From contig CAZIWL010000007.1 in the NCBI GenBank assembly GCA_964542755.1, positions 1,146 through 65,145 of the forward strand: 64,000 bases of DNA. Direction: 5' to 3'. The translations under genes were made by a program, and so were the position numbers. The DNA comes from an uncultured Anaerolineales bacterium. GTDB taxonomy: Bacteria; Chloroflexota; Anaerolineae; B4-G1. Within the stretch, counting starts at the first letter, position 1, and every line of letters begins with the position of its first letter. This document shows positions 35,531-44,369 of the stretch, one piece after another. The notes beneath the pieces are model-generated. The model was given only the letters and a program-made list of their open reading frames with translations, did no database searches and had not been told where the DNA came from.

Positions 35531-35593
35531 AGCAACTTCACAGCTTTCTAGACGCGCAGGGCGTCTATCAGGAGCATCCGGGCTGGCAGAGCG

Positions 35594-35621
35594 ATTATAG
35601 CACGCGTCCCCGCTCTGCAAA
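35594..35621 (-). promoter_or_regulatory. Extended -10 promoter for mtaB-HIT
   Basis: Minus strand TGC-TATAAT (35599-35594), with TTTGCA about 16 nt upstream. Confidence 0.65.
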
Positions 35622-35641
35622 AGGTCCACGGCCTGCCCCTC

Positions 35642-38245
35642 TCAGAGCACGTCAACAGGATCCACCTCGACGTGCCAGCCTGGAGGTATGTCAACGCGGC
35701 TGAGGAATGCCGGTGGGTCTGGATGACGTATCAGGATCTGCCAGCGGTAGCGGCCTCGGAGGCGTGCGAAGAACGGAGGGGCCGGACCGATGAGATTGGT
35801 CGTGGGCCATCCAGACCGCGCCAGGCCCTGGCGCAGCGTTGTGCTGAGTGTTTGCGACCTCGACTCGGCGCGGTAGTAGTCCTCGTCCTCGCAGGTCAGC
35901 TTGGCCAGGCGGCTGTAGGGAGGGTAGCCTTGTTCCCGCCGGAAGGACAGTTCGCGATCCGCAAACCCATCGTAGTCGTGCGTCGAGGCGGCGACGATAG
36001 CGTAGTGGTGTGGGTGGTAGCTCTGTATGACGACCCGGCCGCCCAGGAGCCCACGGCCCGCCCTTCCCGCCACCTGGGTGAGCAGTTGGAAGGTCCTCTC
36101 GCTGGACCGGAAGTCCGGCAGGTTGAGCGCCGTGTCCGCTGAGATGACGCCGACCACCGTGACCAGAGGGAGATCCAGGCCTTTGGTGATCATCTGTGTC
36201 CCCACGAGAACATCGGCGGCTCCGCTCGAGAAACGTTCAAGGATTGTGCTGTGGGCCTCGTGGGTCTGAGCCGTGTCCCGGTCCCAGCGCAGCAGACGCG
36301 CCTCTGGCCACCGGTCGCGCACGGCATTCTCAAGCTTCTGGGTGCCAAGGCCGAAGTACCGAATGCGGGTGCCTCCGCACTCAGGACACCGCTCAGGCTG
36401 GGGCTCACGGTGATTGCAGTGGTGACAGATCAGCTGTGCCCCGGGGCGGTGGTACGTCAGTGGAATATCACATTGGGGGCAGCGAACCACGTGACCGCAG
36501 TCACGGCATAGCACGTGGGTGGCGCTCCCCCGGCGGTTGAGGAATAGGATCACCTGTTCTCCGCGCGGCAGCGCCCCATCAATGGCCTCTTGGAGTGGCC
36601 GGCTGAAGATAGATCGATTACCGGCCCGCAGCTCCGCGCGGAGATCCACGACCTGGACGGGCGGCAAGGGTAGATAACGCGCCTTGCTGCTCTCGCTGCT
36701 CAGGGAGCGGTAGCGCGTCATCGCCAGATGGTGTCGGGCCTGGAGCTCCTGCAGCCGGCGGGTGTGCCCCATGATGCGCCGGGGCATCTCCTGCAGGGAG
36801 AACTCGCCCTGGGCGGCTCTGTAGTATGAGACCAGGCTGGGTGTGGCCGAGCCAAGAATCACCGTTGCTCCCGCCAGGTGACCGAGCTCAAGGGCCGTAT
36901 CTCGGGCGTGGTAACGCGGACGCGGGGCCACCTGTTTGTAGCTGTCGTCGTGTTCCTCGTCCAGCACGATCAGACCGAGAGGGGAGAGGGGCACAAATAG
37001 AGCTGAACGGGGGCCGACCACCACGTCCACGAGCCCCTCTCGCGCCCTTCGCCAGGTGTCATAACGCTCGCCGTCCGTAAGGGCACTGTGGAGAACGGTC
37101 ACACGGTCCGGGAAGCGGCCCGCGAAGCGAGCCACCGTCTGAGGCGTCAGCGATATCTCCGGAACTAGAATGATAGCCTTGCGCCCTTGGCGAAGGACCT
37201 CGTCCACGGCGCGGAGGTAGATCTCGGTCTTGCCCGAGCCCGTCACCCCGTGGAGCAAGTAGGAACCGGGCGTCCTGCTGTGGCTCGACGCGTGTCTTGC
37301 ATCACGAAGTGGTCCGGGCCGCGCCCTTCGGTCGATACCTTGCTTGATCGCTCGCCACACGGCCTGCTGGTCCGACGTCAGCGGCGGTGGCTCCGTGGTG
37401 ACGAAGACGTCGCCGGCCAGCGGGTCCCGCCATACCTCCCTCTTGGAGAACACGACGGCTCCTCGCTCCTCCAACTTCTTGAGGTGGTACCTGTCACAGT
37501 CGGTCTCCTCGTAGACCCAGCTCACCGGCACCGGCGCCCTCTCGAATTTGAGGAGATCCAGGATCGGAGGGTAGCATGCACTTTTCAGTCCCTTCGTCGC
37601 CTGGGCAAGATCCACCTCCGGCACCAGACGCACGTGCTCCACGAGCTTCGGCCCGGCCGACGGCGCGGCGAGAAAGGACTCTCGCGTGACGACGCCCCGG
37701 CGCTCGAGCTGTCGCGAGGCTGTACGCCAATCCACGCCAGGCAGCGCAGCGTTCAACTGATTGCCTGTGAGCCGGCCCCGACGTTTGAGCAACTCCAAGA
37801 GCTGCCCCTGCGCGTCGGTGTTGGCAGCATCCGGCTCGGCCCGGTCGTTGAGGGCGACCCGTACGTCGGAATGGCCTATCATCCCGGGAGGGAGCATCAG
37901 CTCGAGGCATTCATAGAGGGAGGCGACGTACTCGTCCCTCATCCACCCGGCCAAATCGATCTGTTCGGGCGTCAGCACCGGGTCGGGATCGACTAGCGAT
38001 CCTACCGGGCGGGTGTCAACAGCAGGCGGATCCCTGCTCAGGCCAACAACGACGCCGTAGAGCCGACGGGCTCGGAATGGGACCACGACCAGGGAGCCGA
38101 TACCGACTTGTCCGATGAGTTCCTCGGGCACGTGGTACGTGAAAGCGGGTCCGTTTTCCGAGGCCTTCGCTGGAGAGAAGACCACCACATCGGCAAAGGC
38201 ACGGTGTGTTTCTTCAGCCGTCGACGAGACCCCCGCGGTGCTCAT
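35642..38245 (-). CDS. priA: Primosomal protein N' (replication restart helicase)
   Basis: FTYHVP; LHGVTGSGKTEIY; VPEISLTPQ; DEEHD; SATPS; LNRRG; two Zn motifs (CRDC..CPQC; CHHC..CPEC); GTQMITKGLD; QVAGRAGR. Start at ATG 38245. Confidence 0.97.
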   Translation of the reverse strand: MSTAGVSSTAEETHRAFADVVVFSPAKASENGPAFTYHVPEELIGQVGIGSLVVVPFRARRLYGVVVGLSRDPPAVDTRPVGSLVDPDPVLTPEQIDLAGWMRDEYVASLYECLELMLPPGMIGHSDVRVALNDRAEPDAANTDAQGQLLELLKRRGRLTGNQLNAALPGVDWRTASRQLERRGVVTRESFLAAPSAGPKLVEHVRLVPEVDLAQATKGLKSACYPPILDLLKFERAPVPVSWVYEETDCDRYHLKKLEERGAVVFSKREVWRDPLAGDVFVTTEPPPLTSDQQAVWRAIKQGIDRRARPGPLRDARHASSHSRTPGSYLLHGVTGSGKTEIYLRAVDEVLRQGRKAIILVPEISLTPQTVARFAGRFPDRVTVLHSALTDGERYDTWRRAREGLVDVVVGPRSALFVPLSPLGLIVLDEEHDDSYKQVAPRPRYHARDTALELGHLAGATVILGSATPSLVSYYRAAQGEFSLQEMPRRIMGHTRRLQELQARHHLAMTRYRSLSSESSKARYLPLPPVQVVDLRAELRAGNRSIFSRPLQEAIDGALPRGEQVILFLNRRGSATHVLCRDCGHVVRCPQCDIPLTYHRPGAQLICHHCNHREPQPERCPECGGTRIRYFGLGTQKLENAVRDRWPEARLLRWDRDTAQTHEAHSTILERFSSGAADVLVGTQMITKGLDLPLVTVVGVISADTALNLPDFRSSERTFQLLTQVAGRAGRGLLGGRVVIQSYHPHHYAIVAASTHDYDGFADRELSFRREQGYPPYSRLAKLTCEDEDYYRAESRSQTLSTTLRQGLARSGWPTTNLIGPAPPFFARLRGRYRWQILIRHPDPPAFLSRVDIPPGWHVEVDPVDVL

Positions 38246-38265
38246 AGGCCCGGCGGCGCCCGGCG

Positions 38266-39102
38266 CTAGACCTCCTCGCCGAAACGGGGGCTGTAGCGCA
38301 GGAAGACCGCATACCCAACCGCGAGTACGACGAGGGATGTCACGGCGGTGCGAAGCAAGAAATCGAGTCCCGTGTAGGTCCCCCGGTAGAGCAGGTCTCG
38401 ATAGGAGGCGATCACCGACGCCATAGGATTCAGGCGTCTGAGCCAAAGTTGCGCGTCGAACGTGATCCCCAAAATCGTCTTCTCCTCGCCTATCTGTGTG
38501 ATGGGATAGAAGACGGGCGTGAGAAAGAACCATGCCTGCATCAATACGCTCAGGATGATCTGGGTGTCGCGGTAGAAGACGTTAAGCGTGGCAAGCATCA
38601 GGCATATGCCCAGGGCGAAAGCCATTTGCACAAGGATGGGTATCGGCAGCAAGAGGGCCCAGGGCGTTATCCTCGCCCCGGAGACCAGAGCCAGACCAAA
38701 GAAGACGGGCAGCGCGATCACGAAGTTGACCAGGTTCGACAGGAGAATCGAGATGGGCAGTACCTCTCGCGGGAAGTAGACCTTCTTGATGAGGTGGGCG
38801 TTCCCAACGATGCTGTTCGTCGCCTCCATGACTGCCTGTGAGAAGAACTGCCACGGCAGGAGCGCCGAAAGAAGGAAGACGTGGTAGTGTTCGAGATCGG
38901 AGCGGATGAACAGGAAATTGAAGACAACCGTGAACACCAGCATCATCAGCAGTGGATTCGCCCAAGACCACACAATCCCCAGCACGGAATTCCTGTAGCG
39001 AACCTTCAAGTCTCGTACCACAAGATTGCGAATCAGCTCGCGATACGTCCAGAGCTCGCGGAGCCGACCACCTATGCTTCTGGAGAACTGGTTTCCGCTC
39101 AC
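38266..39102 (-). CDS. wzm: ABC-2-type polysaccharide export permease
   Basis: RDLKVRYRNSVLGIVWSWANPL; LIKKVYFPRE; FYRD; FFLTPVFYP; LNPM. Confidence 0.92.
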   Translation of the reverse strand: MSGNQFSRSIGGRLRELWTYRELIRNLVVRDLKVRYRNSVLGIVWSWANPLLMMLVFTVVFNFLFIRSDLEHYHVFLLSALLPWQFFSQAVMEATNSIVGNAHLIKKVYFPREVLPISILLSNLVNFVIALPVFFGLALVSGARITPWALLLPIPILVQMAFALGICLMLATLNVFYRDTQIILSVLMQAWFFLTPVFYPITQIGEEKTILGITFDAQLWLRRLNPMASVIASYRDLLYRGTYTGLDFLLRTAVTSLVVLAVGYAVFLRYSPRFGEEV

Positions 39103-40349
39103 GTGTCCCTCTGCATCTCTACGCTCCCGGCTGCTCGTCTCGGAGCCTCTGTTTCGCCGAGGAGAGACTGGTAGATCTCCAACAGCCGCTGCCCGGAGCG
39201 CTCCCAGGAGAAGTGGGCGCTCGCTCGGGCGCGCAGCCTCCGCCCGAGCGCTCGTCGTTCAGGGCGCGGGAGCTTGAGCAACTCGTGCATAGCCCTGGCG
39301 AGAGCCCTTGAGTCGCCCACAGGGCTCGCATACGCGCCCAGTGATCCCAGGTACTCCCGGCTGACGGGCGTGTCGAAAGCGACGGTGGGCAGCTCCATCG
39401 CCATGTAGTTCAGGATCTTGCCCGCGCCCTCGGTCGTCGAGAGCTTCGGCGCCACTGCGATATCGCCCAGCGCCAGGTGTCTAGGGGCGTCCTCGTACGG
39501 CACCTTCCCTGTGAAGGTCACGTGCTCCTCGATGCCTAGCTCCCGTGCCATATCCCGGTATCTCTCAACGCTCGGAAACCCCATCATCAACAGGTGGAAC
39601 GGGGTCTCCCAGGCCATCAGATGGGTGGCAGCCCGGAGGAGATGGGGCGTCCCCTGATAGTCGGCCAGAAGCCCGAGATAGGCGACTATGGGTCGATCAT
39701 CCGGGAGGTGTAGGGCCGCGCGACTCTGTGCCAGGACCGCGGCGTCTATGGCGCGAGGATGAAAGAACTCCAGGCTGACACAGTCGGGCAGGGCGTGGAC
39801 CGTCTCCTCACGGCACTCAAAGTCTTGCTTGAGGAGGAGGGCTGTCGCGCTGGTGCTGGACACGATGGCATCTGGCATCTGCGTGATGCGCCGTTCCAGG
39901 AGTCTCGCCCAGCGGTGCCAGGCCCCTTCGGGATTCAGGAAATGGTGGTCCACCATCTCGCTCGTCATACTACCTTGAAAGTCCGCCACCAATGGAAGCC
40001 CCTTCAGCCCGCTGAGCAGGCGCCCGATCAGCGCGCCCTCATGGAGGTGTCCATGGATCAGGTCGTAATCGTGCCTCAGGACGGTCTCCAAGCCGGTCCA
40101 CACCAGGAAGGCATCGAAGGCGATCTTGTGGAGCGACGACCCGACCTCGTAGTTGGACCTCCACGGCGTCGCTCTCGTGCGCACGATATCGAGATCTGGA
40201 AGGTCACGCCCCAGGTAGTACGTGACGATCGTTACCCGGTGGCCCAATCGCTGAAGGGCCCGGGTCTCCTCCAGGATCCGTACGTGACACCCGTAGTCCA
40301 GAAAGAAGGACGTCGGGGCAACCATCAGAATGCGGTATGATTGGCTCAA
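39099..40349 (-). CDS. GT4 glycosyltransferase
   Basis: GCHVRILEE; HGHLHEG; YLGLL; EGAGKILNYMAMELP; FSWERS. Confidence 0.9.
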   Translation of the reverse strand: MSQSYRILMVAPTSFFLDYGCHVRILEETRALQRLGHRVTIVTYYLGRDLPDLDIVRTRATPWRSNYEVGSSLHKIAFDAFLVWTGLETVLRHDYDLIHGHLHEGALIGRLLSGLKGLPLVADFQGSMTSEMVDHHFLNPEGAWHRWARLLERRITQMPDAIVSSTSATALLLKQDFECREETVHALPDCVSLEFFHPRAIDAAVLAQSRAALHLPDDRPIVAYLGLLADYQGTPHLLRAATHLMAWETPFHLLMMGFPSVERYRDMARELGIEEHVTFTGKVPYEDAPRHLALGDIAVAPKLSTTEGAGKILNYMAMELPTVAFDTPVSREYLGSLGAYASPVGDSRALARAMHELLKLPRPERRALGRRLRARASAHFSWERSGQRLLEIYQSLLGETEAPRRAAGSVEMQRDT

Positions 40350-40394
40350 GGCGCCGGTCGTGATAGGACGCGTCGAGAATGGGTGCGCGCCGGT

Positions 40395-41408
40395 CTAGTC
40401 CTCGTCGGATTCCCCGGGACCTCGCTGGAGGCGAGAACCTAGGCTGCCGAAAAGCATCTGTCCGAGCTGTTTGGCAGCCCCTGGCATGTCCCGTCTGTCG
40501 AAGGTGCCATCCTCCGACCACATTCCCTTTCGACGCTGATTCATCCATCGAGATCGACCCTCTGCCGCCTGCCGTACCACGTCCTCCAAAGCCTCTTCGT
40601 CCGCCTTGACCAGAAGACCACGAAGATGAGTCAGTTCATCAATCAGAGCGTCTAGTCGTCGAAGCAGGTTGTCTCGATTGAGATAGAGCGACGGGTGTCG
40701 AGAGGGGACGTCCTCGATAGCCTCGGTGGCGCTGGCGAAGCGGCGCCCGGCGAACTTGCGCATCTCCTTCCAGCCGGGTGAATCCACGGTCGTGCGAAGG
40801 AGGGCGATGGTGAGCAGGTCCGGTAGTCCCTCGATGCCTGCCAGCAGGCCGTCGTGCTCCCTGACGTCGATGAAGAAGGGGTTGGCCTGGACTGCGTAGG
40901 CGAGCCAGGAGCAGACATTGATCGCCTCGCTCGGCGTGCTGGGAGATGCAGTGAAGCAGTAGAGAGCCTCGCGCAGCAGATCTGCTTCGGCATCCTTGAG
41001 TCCCTCCAGCGCCCGCAGCCCCACGATAGCGGGGTTGAGGATCACGTGACCACCAACAAACGACGTGTGCTTCGGAAGGGTCTCATCTGCCCACCGGAGT
41101 ACGGGGGCCTTCAGTCTCGCCGTGTCGGTGACGACGGCGCCGTCCGCCAGGTGGGGCCCGATCGATGCAAACGTGTCCCGGATTTTCGCGAGGGGCTGAG
41201 CGACGATGACGAGCTCCGCTCCCTCACAGGCCGCCTCCGGTTTGCGGCGGATGTCGTCAAGCGCCCCGCGGACCTTGGCTAGGTCGGCGATAGCCCGGTC
41301 CTCGTCGAAGCCCACGATCTCGAGAGACTCCTCACGGCCCTGAAGCGCGTAGGCCATAGACGCGCTGACCAGATTGATTCCCACAATCGCAATGCGACTG
41401 GTACTCAT
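40395..41408 (-). CDS. Prephenate/arogenate dehydrogenase-like protein with degenerate motifs
   Basis: TyrA-like layout (IAIVG..., VTDTARLK, FVGGH, EHD), but GLGLIG is replaced by GINLVS and SHLPH by EGLPD. Confidence 0.7.
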   Translation of the reverse strand: MSTSRIAIVGINLVSASMAYALQGREESLEIVGFDEDRAIADLAKVRGALDDIRRKPEAACEGAELVIVAQPLAKIRDTFASIGPHLADGAVVTDTARLKAPVLRWADETLPKHTSFVGGHVILNPAIVGLRALEGLKDAEADLLREALYCFTASPSTPSEAINVCSWLAYAVQANPFFIDVREHDGLLAGIEGLPDLLTIALLRTTVDSPGWKEMRKFAGRRFASATEAIEDVPSRHPSLYLNRDNLLRRLDALIDELTHLRGLLVKADEEALEDVVRQAAEGRSRWMNQRRKGMWSEDGTFDRRDMPGAAKQLGQMLFGSLGSRLQRGPGESDED

Positions 41409-41507
41409 TGTTCCATCTCCTCGATCAAGAGGCGCCGCGGGATGTCACTTGAGGCCGCTGGGTCTCGGGACATCCGGTTCCGACGTCTCATTCTCTAACG
41501 CTAAGCC

Positions 41508-42041
41508 CTAGTTCGCGTCGTCTGCTGCCTGAAGAGCACGCAGCAAGCGATCGCGCTCCGTCTCACAGACCGTTACCTTCCGCTCGTGAGACCTGACAAG
41601 TTCGACCGTCAAAGGCGAGCAGCCCGTCTTTCTTGCCCACCGTGCGCCGATCTCCGCATGGTCGCGGTACGTGGCGGCTGGACCTGCGTTGACCCCTCTC
41701 ACGGCCCCTTTGTCCCGGTCCAGCAACGAGGGTGCGACCTTCTCCACGAGCACGAGGAGGCCGCGTTGCCAGGGAGTGAGGAGACCAGCGGCCTTGCCGA
41801 CATCGTGAAGCAGGGCTGCCGCCAGAAGGTCTTCGTTGACGTGGCCTCCTCCCAGCAGGGCTTCGTAGACCTCCAGGGCGTGGCGCTGATCCTGAGGCGC
41901 TTGTCTAGCGAACAGGCACCGGGCCTCGGGCGGAAGAACCCTGGTAGCACGGCTCACCCTCCCTGGCGAGATCGCCCGGCGCGCTGTCAGCGCTCGCACG
42001 AACTGGTCCACGCGATAACGGACAGCGCCGATGAACCTCAC
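41508..42041 (-). CDS. HD-domain protein
   Basis: QRHALEV; ALLHDVGK; HAEIGA; SHE; AADDAN. Confidence 0.8.
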   Translation of the reverse strand: MRFIGAVRYRVDQFVRALTARRAISPGRVSRATRVLPPEARCLFARQAPQDQRHALEVYEALLGGGHVNEDLLAAALLHDVGKAAGLLTPWQRGLLVLVEKVAPSLLDRDKGAVRGVNAGPAATYRDHAEIGARWARKTGCSPLTVELVRSHERKVTVCETERDRLLRALQAADDAN

Positions 42042-42056
42042 GTCGGCTCCGGGCTG

Positions 42057-42698
42057 CTAGTACACCAGCAGGGCTCGGAACATGAAGTTCATCAGCGGAT
42101 TCATGATGAGGCCGAGGATGCCCAACCTCGATAGTAGATAGAGCCCTAACATCAGCCCAGGCCCCCCAAAACGCTCCAGGTCCTCCAGTTTGTTGGCCCA
42201 CTCCCGCGGGAGGAGCCACGCGAGGACGCGCGAGCCGTCCAGCGGTGGGAAGGGGATCAAGTTGAAGACCATCAGGGCCAGGTTGATGCTGATGAACTGG
42301 ATCAGGATGCCCTGCAGGCTGATCCTTGAGGAGCTTCTAAAGAGGCTTAGCCAGCCGAGACGGAAGGGTATGGCGGCCAGCATCGACAACACCAGGTTCG
42401 AGAGGGGACCGGCGACGCTCACCAGCGCGTGACTCTTGCGCCTCTCCCCGCGCAGACGGAAAGGATTGACGGGCACGGGCTTGCCCCAACCGAATCCGAA
42501 TATGGCCAATGATACCGTCCCGACGGGATCGAGATGGGCTAACGGATTGATGGTCAGACGCCCTCGTCGGGCGGCTGTGTCGTCTCCCAGTTGGTAGGCT
42601 GCCCAGGCGTGGGCCCATTCGTGGATGGGCATACTCGTCAGAAAGAGAATCCCCAGCGTAATCAGCCGGTTCAGATTGAACAAATTGTCAAACAACAA
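42057..42698 (-). CDS. Site-2 protease (M50) family membrane metalloprotease
   Basis: IHEWAH (HExxH); AGPLSN; FNLIPFPPLDGSRV (NxxPxxxLDG). Confidence 0.93.
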   Translation of the reverse strand: MLFDNLFNLNRLITLGILFLTSMPIHEWAHAWAAYQLGDDTAARRGRLTINPLAHLDPVGTVSLAIFGFGWGKPVPVNPFRLRGERRKSHALVSVAGPLSNLVLSMLAAIPFRLGWLSLFRSSSRISLQGILIQFISINLALMVFNLIPFPPLDGSRVLAWLLPREWANKLEDLERFGGPGLMLGLYLLSRLGILGLIMNPLMNFMFRALLVY

Positions 42699-42772
42699 TA
42701 TCCCTCGTGTGGTTCTATGGGCGACAGTTGGGTCTGAGAGCCCTGTCGCGACCTTAACGTCAAGCTGAAGGG

Positions 42773-42782
42773 ATTATAACAC
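42773..42782 (-). promoter_or_regulatory. Extended -10 promoter for the S2P-HD-TyrA-like-GT4-wzm-priA run
   Basis: Minus strand TGT-TATAAT (42778-42773); no clear -35. Confidence 0.55.
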
Positions 42783-42874
42783 GGCAAGAGGTTGCGGGCG
42801 AATAAACGGGGATTTGAGGGGGCTATGCAAGCTGTCGCCGCGTCAGTGTCCAACGCAGCCTGTCCGCAGGCTGG

Positions 42875-44365
42875 TCAGGAGGGCTCGATGGACGAGCCAT
42901 GTGTCGATTGTCGGTGGATCAACTCCGTCGCGGCTGTCGCCAGGCCGACGACCAGCCAGAACAGTGTCACTGAATGGTGGAAGTCGAGATTGAAGAAGTA
43001 GTGATCGAAGACGCCGCCCATCAAAGCCCCCACTAGGCCGGCGTGCAGGCCCCACCAGTATGCCTCGAGTTCGGTCCCCTCCGCCAGCTCCCGCGTTCGC
43101 CAGAAGCGCACCAAGAGGGTGCCGATGACGACTAGGAAGCTTGTCAGGCCTACGAGGCCCACCGTCTCGGCCATCAACAAGTAGAGATTCGCGACCCCAA
43201 TGTAGGTGTCGACGTCCGGAGATCCGGCAAAACCTACCCCAAGGACGGGATACCGGCGGATGAGTTTGAGCGCGTCCCGATACTCTCCCATCCTCATCTG
43301 GGTGGCCAGATCCTCCACCATGAATCCCTCAAGGAAGTGGGAGACCAGTGCTTGAGTCTGCGGGAGGAGGAGCATGAGCACCAGCGCCCCGCCCAGAAGA
43401 ATCCAGATCTTCCGGTATCGTAGCGTTGCCATGATGACCAGCGCAGCTCCGAGGCCCACCATGGATCCACGGCTCATGGTCAATCCCAAACAGATGGCCA
43501 TCACACCCAACATAGGAATCAGGTAGCGGCGGCGCATCAAGGGGCGCTGCACGAAGAGCTGAGGAAGGGTGATAGCGAGGCTGACGTTGAGCAGGCTCCC
43601 GAGCACGTTGGGGTCTACGGACGTCGATGTGGCACGCAGCGGCAGCTCCGGGTTCTCCCGGATGTACCGTAGGACACCCGGTCCAGTTGGGTATCCGATG
43701 CGGCCCAAGGCCGATAATGCCTGGATCACCAAATCGCGAGAGATCTGGTCGGCCACGATGTAGAGCGCCACGCCCAGCAGCGCGGAGACAAAGCTGCCCA
43801 CCAGTAGGGCGAGCAGCACCCGCCTTAGTCGTTCCTCGCTCCGCACCGTATTCACCACGACGAAGAAGAGGGCCACACTCAGCATCATCTCGGCGAACCG
43901 GCGGAGGTATGTCTGCAGGAACCCCAACGCAAGCGGCACGTGGCGCAATCCGAAGACGAACGCACCAACCGCGACAAGGATGAAGGCGAGGACCGGCCCG
44001 CCCAGTGGCGTAGTCACCGGGTTGTCGTCTGTGCCGCCCGCGATTTGGAGCAGCCAGACCAGGAAGAGGATTCCGAGCGCCGCGTCGAGGAAGGTGGGGG
44101 TGAAGCCCAGGTCGAAGGGAAATGAGGCAAAGGGGAGCAGGCAGACGACGCCGATGACGGACACGTAGGCCACCTCGATATCCTGCAGCATCCAGATGCC
44201 CAGAAACAGAGCGACCACGCCCGCTCCAGCCAGCAACGGGCCGACCTCCGACAGGAGGAAGCCGACACCGATCGCCAGGACGGCGCACAGGACGATCGCC
44301 GCCAGCGCCGAGAGCCAGCGATAGCGGGATGCGAACACGCGCAAGAGCCACTCTTGACTCGTCAT
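42875..44365 (-). CDS. O-antigen ligase/Wzy-like membrane protein
   Basis: Many TM helices; RATSTSVDPNVLG; TMSRGS; TQMR; PVLGVG; ETVGLVGL. Confidence 0.82.
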   Translation of the reverse strand: MTSQEWLLRVFASRYRWLSALAAIVLCAVLAIGVGFLLSEVGPLLAGAGVVALFLGIWMLQDIEVAYVSVIGVVCLLPFASFPFDLGFTPTFLDAALGILFLVWLLQIAGGTDDNPVTTPLGGPVLAFILVAVGAFVFGLRHVPLALGFLQTYLRRFAEMMLSVALFFVVVNTVRSEERLRRVLLALLVGSFVSALLGVALYIVADQISRDLVIQALSALGRIGYPTGPGVLRYIRENPELPLRATSTSVDPNVLGSLLNVSLAITLPQLFVQRPLMRRRYLIPMLGVMAICLGLTMSRGSMVGLGAALVIMATLRYRKIWILLGGALVLMLLLPQTQALVSHFLEGFMVEDLATQMRMGEYRDALKLIRRYPVLGVGFAGSPDVDTYIGVANLYLLMAETVGLVGLTSFLVVIGTLLVRFWRTRELAEGTELEAYWWGLHAGLVGALMGGVFDHYFFNLDFHHSVTLFWLVVGLATAATELIHRQSTHGSSIEPS

Positions 44366-44369
44366 GGAT

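Noticed and set aside
38246-38533. N-terminal 96-aa extension of PriA in the ORF track
   Set aside because: It overlaps wzm in another frame; ATG 38245 gives a normal PriA start. The same reasoning was used to trim mtaB, EamA, livH, livM, HIT and paralog B.
42721-42775. CTGAGA-containing segment resembling a TPP riboswitch
   Set aside because: Wrong strand for the downstream genes, the CUGAU...GCGUAGG core is missing, and no thiamine genes are nearby.
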